A stretch of DNA of 25,587 nt from a virus (Duplodnaviria; Heunggongvirae; Uroviricota; Caudoviricetes): positions 1 to 25,587 of IMG/VR virus record IMGVR_UViG_2537561620_000017; one strand, written 5' to 3'. Made by a program: the position numbers and the translations under genes. Below the pieces are notes generated by a model. It was not told the origin of the DNA. It did not search any database and worked only from the letters and a program-made list of their open reading frames with translations. Positions 17,665-25,587 of the stretch are shown here, one piece after another (within the stretch, counting starts at the first letter, position 1; every line of letters starts with the position of its first letter).

Positions 17665-20009
17665 TTAATACTCCGTCACGTTTTCCTGTCGCCACGCCTC
17701 GTCATATTCCGATTTCGGCATATTGGCGATGTAGCTATATGGCGATCCTGATTCAAGTTGCAGGAACTGGTGCGATTGCTCGTCAAGGAACAACGGGACA
17801 CCACCTTCCCAACCTTCGCCGTTACGTTGTTTTTCAAGCATCAAAACAGATGCCGGAGATGCCAGTAGCTGTTCGTCCTTCTCTGACATCTTTTCACCAC
17901 TCTGAACTCTCTGTAACGCTCTCTCGCGAGCCTTGTTACGCCAGATGATGAAAAGGTTGTCTGTCAGGTCTGTTATCGCTCCAGAGCCTTTTACGTCCAT
18001 TTTCCCGGTTGGTTTTTCTTCGCTGTCTCCTTTTCGCGAGTGAGTAACGAGAATGACGTGGGAGTTTGTTTTGTTTTTGAAGTCGCAAATCGAGTCAACA
18101 AACGCCTTCTGCCCGTTATAGTCATCGTCGCCTATGCCACATTTCATCAGGCTGTCGATGATGAATAACTGGATCCCGTATCGGCGGCGAGCGTAGTCGA
18201 ATATTTCGATCAGCCTGTCGGCTTTCGCCGTTCCAGTCAGGCCAAACACCCAAAGTCTTTCGTCATAAAATTTAAATGCAGAGTCAATTTCCAGCACTGG
18301 CGGCATCTTGCAGCACGTTGCCTGACGGGTAAGTCGCTTAAGGAGAATACCAGGCTTCAGCTCAAGTGACGCGATGCACGTCTTCACACCCTGACGCATT
18401 GCCTCAAGTGCCATATGCCCGACAACCTCGGTGTTATGCGTCGCCACATATCCCCTGGTTACATACAGGTGGCGAGGGTGATCGACCATAATACACAAGC
18501 ATTCTGCATTGCCGATTTTTTCAACATTCCTGACGAATACCCCACAGCCCTCGAATCGATGCGCAGTTAATCTGCCATTGAGTCGTGGTGAACGGATGGC
18601 CTCCCTGATTTCTCTTGTCAGTCTGATTCTTGCCTCGTATGAATCCATCCCATGCCGCTTATCGTCCTTGTATGTGTATGTCACGCCAGTTTTAACTCGC
18701 GTCCGGCATGACCCGCCGAGTGAGTTAACCAGTTGAACAACCCCATTGCGCAGTTCTTCACTTGCTGAGGAAAAACAAGCGTTCCATCCTTCTCGACATA
18801 CCCATCCGTTTCAAGCAGACCACACAGCATGCCTATACGCGTTGATTTATTTGCGGAAAAAAACACACGAGGGATGAATTTGTTTTTTGCTGTGCACCCC
18901 ATTAGTCCATAACCTCGCAGGGTCTCCATGAGTGGATTTACCTGACCACGCGCCGTTGATATCAGCCAGTCCTTACCATCTCCAGAGAAGTTGTAATCAG
19001 GCAGTTCAGCCTTCATACGCTCGATCATGTATGGCTCGACGTTTGAAAACTTCACGCTCCCATTGCTAAGACTACCATCCCCGAGAAGGGAGCCGATAAC
19101 CCATGCTAATGGCTCTGAGTGGTCGCCAAAGTCACCAGTTATTTCAGGAATCCTAACGCCATTTTTGTGCCTCTTCGTTTCACTCAACCGCTTCAACCCG
19201 AAGGTATCTATCACGCGGCGTTTCTCGCCTTTCGTGAATCCACGACTAGTGACCTCCCATAGGTGATCGCCTGCGCAATCAACATAACGACCATCTTCAA
19301 ATGTGACTCGGTAAACATCTCTAACACCCTGCGGGAATATCCCAGTGACAGTTGACGGATTGCCGTCTACTGACGCCACCTGATCGCCAATTTTTACATT
19401 CCCGTGAGTAGTCCATGTCCCATCAGCTAAAAGAATAGGCTCATTCAGTGGGCATGCCTTTCCGTGACCGTTCACACCATTGACCAGCGTCAACTCTGCC
19501 TCACGGAACTGGAATTTATCTGCCAGAGATTCCCACGGTGGATTAAACAGATACTGCTGCTTGCCGTAGAAAGCGTTGATAGTGTCCTGGTAAAACTCTC
19601 GCGCACTGTAGAGTTCTTCAGGATCGAAGTAGGATGCCGTGCCGATGTACTGCCAGATTTCATCCTCGGTAACACCGTTCATCAGGCATTCGTTGATGTC
19701 TTTGTACGGCAGAGTAACAAGACGGCAACGATGTTCACCGAGTCGGCTTGCGATTTCCCTTGCGGCTTCACGACCAACATCATCAACGTCCATCGAGATG
19801 AATATTTCCTCAAACCTGTCGAGGTTATGATACTCAAACTCAATCCACTGTTGCTTAGCGCCTTTCCCGCCACCAAACGGCACGGATAACGCCGAGATGC
19901 CGTATTGCGCATAGCTCATACAATCAATTTCGCCTTCGCAAAGCACAACCGCCCTCACGCCAGCGTCCAGAGCCTGCCATCCGAACAGGCAAGGTTCGCA
20001 ATCACCTTC
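17665..20009 (-). pseudogene. T7 gp4-like primase-helicase carrying an intein; 5' end removed by IS629; frame broken inside the intein
   Basis: TOPRIM-like start (AVVLCEGEIDCMSYAQYG), helicase motifs in the downstream ORF (LFIIDSLMK, HVILVTHSRKG, GSGAITDLTDNLFIIWRNK, resembling T7 gp4 helicase). The reading frame continues upstream to the IS629 boundary (EGDCEPCLFGWQALDAG...). The gene appears as two ORFs (18681..19958 and 17665..18684) overlapping by GTGA. Confidence 0.75.
18433..19454 (-). other. intein with LAGLIDADG homing endonuclease domain
   Basis: Begins CPLNEPILLADGTW (block A-like) right after GVNGHGKA, has two LAGLIDADG-like motifs (LAWVIGSLLGDGSL and IGMLCGLLETDGYV), and ends ...ECLCIMVDHPRHLYVTRGYVATHN followed by Thr (+1). 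Span is 1022 nt, one base short of 341 codons, consistent with a single-base deletion. Confidence 0.75.
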
Positions 20010-20051
20010 TGAACCGCCCCGGGTTTCCTGGAGAGTGTTTTATCTGTGAAC

Positions 20052-20942
20052 TCAGGCTGCCAGATCATCGTTTCCGATGGAAGCATAATAAGCTTTTTCT
20101 GCTTCTGCCGGAGGGATGTGGCCCAGCCTTTCCAGCAATCGTCGATTGTTATACCAGTCCACCCACGTTAGTGTGGCCAGTTCCACTTCTGCACGGTTTT
20201 TCCAGCTCTTACGGTGTATTACCTCCGCTTTGTAAAGACCATTGATGCTCTCCGCCATCGCGTTGTCATACGAGTCGCCTGTACTTCCTGTTGATGCCAG
20301 TAATCCGGCTTCCTTAAGCCGCTGTGTGTAGGCCAGCGATACATACTGAGAACCTTTATCACTGTGATGGACCGTGCCGGACGGTCGACGGCCCCATAAC
20401 GCCTGCTCCAGTGCATCCAGCACGAATGTCGTTTCCATGGACGATGAGACCCGCCACCCCACGATGTATCCGGCAAACACATCAATGATGAACACCACAT
20501 AGACGAAGCCCCTCCATGTGCTGACGTAAGTAAAATCAGCCACCCACAGCTGGTCAGGTCGTTCTGCCACGAACTGACGGTTTACGCGGTCGCCTGCGGC
20601 AACGGCTTTCCGGCTGATGGTCGTACGGACCTTTTTACCCCGGAGAACACCGGCAAGTCCCATAACCGCCATGAGACGTGCCACAGTGCATCTGGCCACT
20701 CTGATACCTTCCCGTAACAACTGACGCCAGACTTTACGCACACCGTATACCTTGTGATTTTCATCGTATACGCGCTGTATCTCTTTCTTCAGCCAGTCAT
20801 CGCGCTGCGCACGGGCACTGCGTTTATCCGGATGATGTCGCTGTTGCTGACAGTGGTAATACGTTGACGGGGCAATATGCAGTTCGCTGCATAGCGGTCC
20901 GACCCCGTACTGCTCACGCAGCTTATCCAGCAGTGGCATCAT
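20052..20942 (-). CDS. IS629 transposase OrfB
   Basis: 296-aa ORF with an IS3-family catalytic core, in the -1 frame relative to orfA. Confidence 0.85.
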   Translation of the reverse strand: MMPLLDKLREQYGVGPLCSELHIAPSTYYHCQQQRHHPDKRSARAQRDDWLKKEIQRVYDENHKVYGVRKVWRQLLREGIRVARCTVARLMAVMGLAGVLRGKKVRTTISRKAVAAGDRVNRQFVAERPDQLWVADFTYVSTWRGFVYVVFIIDVFAGYIVGWRVSSSMETTFVLDALEQALWGRRPSGTVHHSDKGSQYVSLAYTQRLKEAGLLASTGSTGDSYDNAMAESINGLYKAEVIHRKSWKNRAEVELATLTWVDWYNNRRLLERLGHIPPAEAEKAYYASIGNDDLAA

Positions 20943-21265
20943 TTTTTCCAGAGGTGGTCGAACTCCGCCTTCGCAAAATAAGCGGAAGCCTGCCGAAGGA
21001 TATCGTTACTGCGGCGCAGTTCACGATTTTCACGCTCCAGCTCTTTCAGACGCTGACGTTCAGCGGTGGTGAGCCCTCCATCACCGCCCCCGGTATCCCG
21101 CTCATGCTGGCGAACCCAGACACGCAGAGTCTCCGGCGTACAGCCAATCTTTGGAGCAATGGAACAAATTGTCGCCCATTGTGAGTCATATTCGCCCTGA
21201 CTTTCCAGAACCATACGGACTGCCCGTTGACGGACTTCGGGGGAAAAACGAGTATTTTTAGTCAT
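20939..21265 (-). CDS. IS629 transposase OrfA
   Basis: [61 protein letters not shown]... matches IS629-type OrfA. Confidence 0.85.
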   Translation of the reverse strand: MTKNTRFSPEVRQRAVRMVLESQGEYDSQWATICSIAPKIGCTPETLRVWVRQHERDTGGGDGGLTTAERQRLKELERENRELRRSNDILRQASAYFAKAEFDHLWKK

Positions 21266-21319
21266 CCTGTTTACCTCTTTCTCAGGAAGTTTAGTCTCCA
21301 GGATTCCCGGGGCGGTTCA

Positions 21320-21798
21320 CTTTGTTTTCTGTCTGAGGGTTCATGCTGTACCCAGTTGTAATAACCGCTCCTGGATACACCAAATACCTGACACATCGCT
21401 TCAATGGGAAATTGTTGTCGCCATTGTTCGATTAACGCGTATTTTTCAGCGACTCCTGTGCAAAATACGCTGTTGCTTTTTTTAATATATCTCGCTCAAG
21501 GCGAGCTTCATTTAACGCCTTACGCAGTTGCAGAATTTCAGATTCCAGTTCAGCCACCGTGCGGGAACCAGGAGTACCGAGCCCTTTTCTGGCGGCGGTA
21601 ACCCATTGTCCTAAAGTGCCTTCAGGAAGGGATAATCGGGAAGCGCCTTCACTGATCGAAAGTTGATTTTCAAGAACCGTTCTGACAGCTTCGGCTTTGA
21701 ACTCTTTAGAGTAACGTTGGGTTTTTCTGCTCATTATTAGCTCCTTCTGATGCCATTCTATTTCAGGAAGGAGTGTCCGTTAAACTCAGGCTACCTCA
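21320..21798 (-). mobile_element. IS600 remnant (left end, orfA and first ~35 codons of orfB), truncated by IS629
   Basis: Terminal sequence TGAGGTAGCCTGAGTTTAACGGACACTCC (read on the minus strand) ending at 21798; orfA intact; orfB N-terminus (QWRQQFPIEAMCQVFGVSRSGYYNWVQHEPSDRKQ) runs into the IS629 end. Confidence 0.75.
21432..21734 (-). CDS. IS600 transposase OrfA
   Basis: [51 protein letters not shown]... matches IS600 OrfA as recalled. Confidence 0.8.
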   Translation of the reverse strand: MSRKTQRYSKEFKAEAVRTVLENQLSISEGASRLSLPEGTLGQWVTAARKGLGTPGSRTVAELESEILQLRKALNEARLERDILKKATAYFAQESLKNTR

Positions 21799-21799
21799 G

Positions 21800-23134
21800 G
21801 CAGTTTTCTCTATCACGAAAAAACATCAGCCCTATGAATTTAAGAATTTCATTTCAGCCTGGCTGGATACCGAACACATTGATCGCGGTCTTCTGACAAA
21901 AGAATGGCGAAAAGGGAATCGTGTTTCACGCATCACTCGCACGACTTCCGGTGCTAATGCTGGCGGCGGGAACCTCACCGATCGCGGCGAAGGTTTCGTC
22001 CACGATCTGACGTCACTGACGCGCGATGTAGCCACTGGCGTACTGGCCCGTTCAATGGACGTGGACATCTATAACCTTCATCCGGCACACGCTAAACGCA
22101 TTGAGGAAATTATCGCTGAAAATAAACCACCCTTTTCTGTTTTCCGCGACAAATTCATCACCATGCCTGGCGGGCTGGATTATTCCCGCGCCATCGTGGT
22201 TGCGTCCGTGAAAGAAGCACCAATTGGGATCGAGGTCATCCCCGCACACGTCACTGAATATCTGAACAAAGTACTGACTGAAACCGATCATGCCAACCCT
22301 GATCCGGAAATCGTGGATATTGCCTGCGGTCGCTCCTCTGCCCCGATGCCGCAGCGAGTAACAGAAGAAGGAAAACAGGACGATGAAGAAAAACCACAAC
22401 CATCTGGCGCAATGACAGATGAACAGGCAACGGCTGAAACAGTGGAACCGAATGCAACTGAACATCATCAGAACACGCAGCCGCTGGATGCTCAGTCACA
22501 GGTAAATTCTGTTGATGAGAAATATCAGGAACTGCGGGCAGAACTCCATGAAGCCCGGAAAAACATTCCGCCCAAAAATCCTGTCGATGCAGACAAATTA
22601 CTGGCTGCCTCTCGCGGAGAATTTGTTGAAGGGATTAGCGACCCGAATGATTCGAAATGGATTCCCGGTCATCATATCTCCTCAAATGAAGTCAAAAAAA
22701 CGGAAAATGAAGTGCGACAGACTGAAGATAAACAGCACCAGAACAGCGAACCGGAGGAGGGAACACCCTGCAATCAGACTGGCGAGGATAACTGCCCTGA
22801 CTGTGGCGCGGTGATGGGAGACGCAACTTATCAGGAAACTTTTGACGAAAAAAAACCAGATGAAGCACAGGAAGAAGAGCCGAAGAAAACGGAAAAAGCT
22901 GATGATTTGTTACCGGAGAACGCTGGCAGCGATCAGCATAATGATAGCAATAATGAAACTGGCGAAGATGAACTCAACTGGAAAAAACAGGTGTTGATTG
23001 CGGCGGTTTACGGTTTATGTGCGAATCCTGCGTGCATAGCCTATGCGCCTGCAATCCCTGACATCGCAATGATGATTGCCAACAAGCTTGAAAATTTTGG
23101 AGTGACCAGTGATGAGCGCTTACCCGATTTTTGA
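21800..23134 (+). pseudogene. large acidic phage early protein, possibly RecE (exonuclease VIII)-like N-terminal region; 5' end removed by IS600
   Basis: The ORF continues out of the IS600 end (the first codons are IS-derived). It has a long Asp/Glu-rich segment, CxxC (CPDCGAV) and sits at the head of an early-left operon ahead of a recombination ATPase. The RecE assignment rests on position and composition only. Confidence 0.35.
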
Positions 23135-23408
23135 TCGTATTGAAGAAATGGCATGGGCTCGCCACTACCAGCAGATCGTTCGTGAAGAAAAAGAAACGGA
23201 ACTGGCGGACGACCTGGAAAAAGGTCTGCCTCAGCACCTGTTTGAATCGCTCTGCATCGACCATTTGCAACGCCACGGTGCCAATAAACAGGCAATCAGC
23301 CACGCATTTGATGATGATGTTGAGTTTCAGGAGCGCATGGCAGAACACATCCGGTACATGGCTGAAACCATTGCCCACCACCAGGTTGATATTGATTTGG
23401 AGGACTAA
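23112..23408 (+). CDS. hypothetical acidic small protein
   Basis: About 98 aa ([38 protein letters not shown]...); start overlaps the upstream stop; no family recognised. Confidence 0.4.
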   Translation: MSAYPIFDRIEEMAWARHYQQIVREEKETELADDLEKGLPQHLFESLCIDHLQRHGANKQAISHAFDDDVEFQERMAEHIRYMAETIAHHQVDIDLED

Positions 23409-23413
23409 AATCT

Positions 23414-24241
23414 ATGGCGCTTTTTCAACGAGCAATAAACACACAGGCCTATCTAAAAGCAGGAATTATGGGGTTTGCTGGCGACGGCAAAACCTACACA
23501 GCAAGCGAACTGGCTATTGGTCTGGTAATGCTTATGCGGCAACGGGGAATTGAAGCTGGTAACCGCCCGGTAATGTTTCTGGACACAGAAACAGGCTCTG
23601 ACTGGGTTAAACCCCGCTTTGATGCGGAAAATATCGAATTATTTACGGCAAAAACCCGCTCGTTTGTTGATCTGCTTGAAGCCATTAATGAAGCGGAAAG
23701 CAGCGGTTCCGTAATGATCATCGACTCCATCAGTCACTTCTGGACCGGATTATGCGACGAGTATGCCAGACGCCGAAACCGTAAACGAGGACTGGAATTT
23801 TCAGACTGGGCGTGGCTCAAACAGGAGTGGCGACGCTTTACCGATCGATTTGTTAACAGTCAGGCGCACATTATTATGTGCGGGCGTGCAGGATATGAGT
23901 ATGACTTTTTCGAAGGTGATGATGGCAAACGCCAGTTGGCAAAAACCGGTATAAAAATGAAAGCAGAAACAGAAACCGGTTATGAACCCTCCATCCTGAT
24001 CCAGATGGAGAAGCAAATGAACATAGAAACCGGTCAGGTGTGGCGCACCGCCAGAATACTAAAAGATCGCTCCACCCGTATTGATGGACAGGTATTTTCA
24101 AACCCAACATTTAAAAACTTTCTTCCTCATATCGAGTTTCTTAACCTGGGAGGTGAACACCTCGGCATCGATACCTCACGGGATAACAGTGAATTATTTG
24201 CCAACGACGGTACACCGACATGGCTAAAAGAAAAGCGTGCA
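23414..24241 (+). pseudogene. Sak4-like / RecA-fold P-loop ATPase, 3' end truncated by IS1
   Basis: Walker A GFAGDGKTYTASELAIG and Walker B VMIIDSISHF; the last codons of the track ORF ([25 protein letters not shown]) are read from the IS1 end. Confidence 0.55.
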
Positions 24242-24256
24242 GGTAATGACTCCAAC

Positions 24257-24760
24257 TTACTGATAGTGTTTTATGTTCAGATAATGCCCGATGACCTTGT
24301 CATGCAGCTCCACCGATTTTGAGAACGACAGTGACTTCCGTCCCAGCCTTGCCAGATGTTGTCTCAGATTCAGATTATGTCGCTCAATGCGCTGAGTGTA
24401 ACGCTTGCTGATAACGTGCAGCTTTCCCTTCAGGCGTGATTCATACAGCGGCCAGCCATCCGTCATCCATACCACGACCTCAAAGGCCGACAGCAGGCTC
24501 AGAAGACGCTCCAGTGTGGCCAGAGTGCGTTCACCGAAGACGTGCGCCACAACCGTCCTCCGTATCCTGTCATACGCGTAAAACAGCCAGCGCTGACGTG
24601 ATTTAGCACCGACGTAGCCCCAATGTTCGTCCATTTCAGCGCAGACAATCACATCACTGCCCGGTTGTATGCGCGAGGTTACCGACTGCGGCCTGAGTTT
24701 TTTAAGTGACGTAAAACCGCGTTGAGGCCAACGCCCATAATGCGTGCACTGGCGCGACAT
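24257..24760 (-). CDS. insB: IS1 InsB (expressed as InsAB' by frameshift)
   Basis: 167-aa ORF matching IS1 InsB. Confidence 0.9.
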   Translation of the reverse strand: MSRQCTHYGRWPQRGFTSLKKLRPQSVTSRIQPGSDVIVCAEMDEHWGYVGAKSRQRWLFYAYDRIRRTVVAHVFGERTLATLERLLSLLSAFEVVVWMTDGWPLYESRLKGKLHVISKRYTQRIERHNLNLRQHLARLGRKSLSFSKSVELHDKVIGHYLNIKHYQ

Positions 24761-24954
24761 CCGACGCCATTCATGGCCATATCAATGATTTTCTGGTGCG
24801 TACCGGGCTGAGAGGCGGTGTAAGTGAACTGTAGTTGCCATGTTTTACGGCAATGAGAGCAGAGATAGCGCTGATGTCCGGCAGTGCTTTTGCCGTTACG
24901 CACCACGCCTTCAGTAGCGGAGCAGGAAGGACATCTGATGGAAATGGAAGCCAC
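24679..24954 (-). CDS. insA: IS1 InsA
   Basis: [68 protein letters not shown]... matches IS1 InsA. Confidence 0.9.
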   Translation of the reverse strand: MASISIRCPSCSATEGVVRNGKSTAGHQRYLCSHCRKTWQLQFTYTASQPGTHQKIIDMAMNGVGCRASARIMGVGLNAVLRHLKNSGRSR

Positions 24955-25009
24955 GCAAGCACCTTAAAATCACCATCATACACTAAATCAGTAAGTTGGC
25001 AGCATTACC

Positions 25010-25587
25010 GTCTTGCCGAAGAAGATCCAGCTTCTGCAACCAGGCCATTCAGAACTGAAGTGAAGCGCAGTCGACTGTTAATTGACGAGTATCTGTTAAT
25101 CAGGAAAATAGCAGACGTCCAGAACGAATGGTTCGGCCTTTGCATGGATCTTGCACTGGTAACAGGACAGCGCGAAGGAGATCTGGCGGCTATGAGATGG
25201 GAGGATATAAGAGATAGCAGGCTATACGTGGAACAACAAAAAACAGGGGCAAAAATTCGCATTTCTCTCCCCACCACGATTTCCAGATTGAATTTAACAC
25301 TTGCCGATGTACTGGATAACTTGAAAAAAATAAACGGTAAAAACGAAAAGTTACTCGGAGGGAAGACAGCCAGGACAATCGCAGCACAGTTCAGGATTGC
25401 CCGAGACACATCCGGATTGAAATGGGAAGGTGACCCACCGCCATTTCATGAAATCCGAAGTTTATCCGGTCGCCTGCACTCAGCAGAAAAAGGCAGTGAT
25501 TTCACTCAGGCGCACCTTGGACATCGTTCATCCAGCATGACGGATAAATACCGTGACGGACGAGGGAGGGAATGGAAAGACATTTAG
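25010..25587 (+). pseudogene. second lambda-family tyrosine integrase, C-terminal catalytic fragment (N-terminus replaced by IS1)
   Basis: ...RSRLLIDEYLLIRKIAD...LALVTGQREGDLAAMRWEDIRDSRLYVEQQKTGAKIRISLPTT...GDPPPFHEIRSLSGRL...HLGHRSSSMTDKYRDGRGREWKDI aligns with the lambda Int catalytic domain but diverges in sequence; stop at 25585-25587 at the window edge. Confidence 0.8.

Larger units (their letters stand above)
20010..21319 (-). mobile_element. IS629 (IS3 family), complete copy
   Basis: Both termini TGAACCGCCCCGGG...; 1310 bp. The 3-bp flanks differ (ttc vs ctt): one side is the primase gene, the other an IS600 orfB fragment. Confidence 0.85.
24242..25009 (-). mobile_element. IS1
   Basis: 768 bp; ends GGTAATGACTCCAACTTACTGATAGTG... 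and ...CAGTAAGTTGGCAGCATTACC; insA and insB present. The 9-bp flanks do not match (aagcgtgca vs gtcttgccg). Confidence 0.9.

Overview
This window is the left end of a lambda-like prophage integrated at the lambda attachment site, followed by a heavily rearranged, IS-riddled mosaic of prophage remnants. It opens with a few tens of bp of chromosomal sequence, the 15-bp lambda att core (47-61) and the P' arm, then int and xis that match phage lambda as I recall them, both on the minus strand. The cargo beyond xis is not lambda: an AntA-like antirepressor, a KilA-N/ORF6N-like protein, a DUF551 protein and an ea22-like gene cleanly split by IS911. After IS2 come inverted packaging genes (terminase small subunit and a truncated large subunit), a DedA-like membrane protein, an IS66-family element, and a leftward replication module (Rha-like regulator, small ORF, O-like initiator with internal iteron origin, DnaC-like loader, DnaB-like helicase). 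Convergent to that sits a HigB/HigA-like (HI1419/HI1420-type) toxin-antitoxin pair, then ninE, ninB, an acidic small protein and a T7 gp4-like primase-helicase interrupted by an intein carrying a LAGLIDADG homing endonuclease. The right end holds IS629 inserted into an IS600 remnant, a second early-operon fragment (acidic RecE-like protein, small protein, Sak4-like ATPase), IS1, and the C-terminal fragment of a second lambda-family integrase. Six IS elements typical of Shigella / E. coli are present, and several phage genes carry amber codons or single-base frameshifts in homopolymer runs. The most notable single feature is the intein in the primase-helicase. All coordinates were counted by hand from the printed sequence and may be off by a few bases; no database search was possible.
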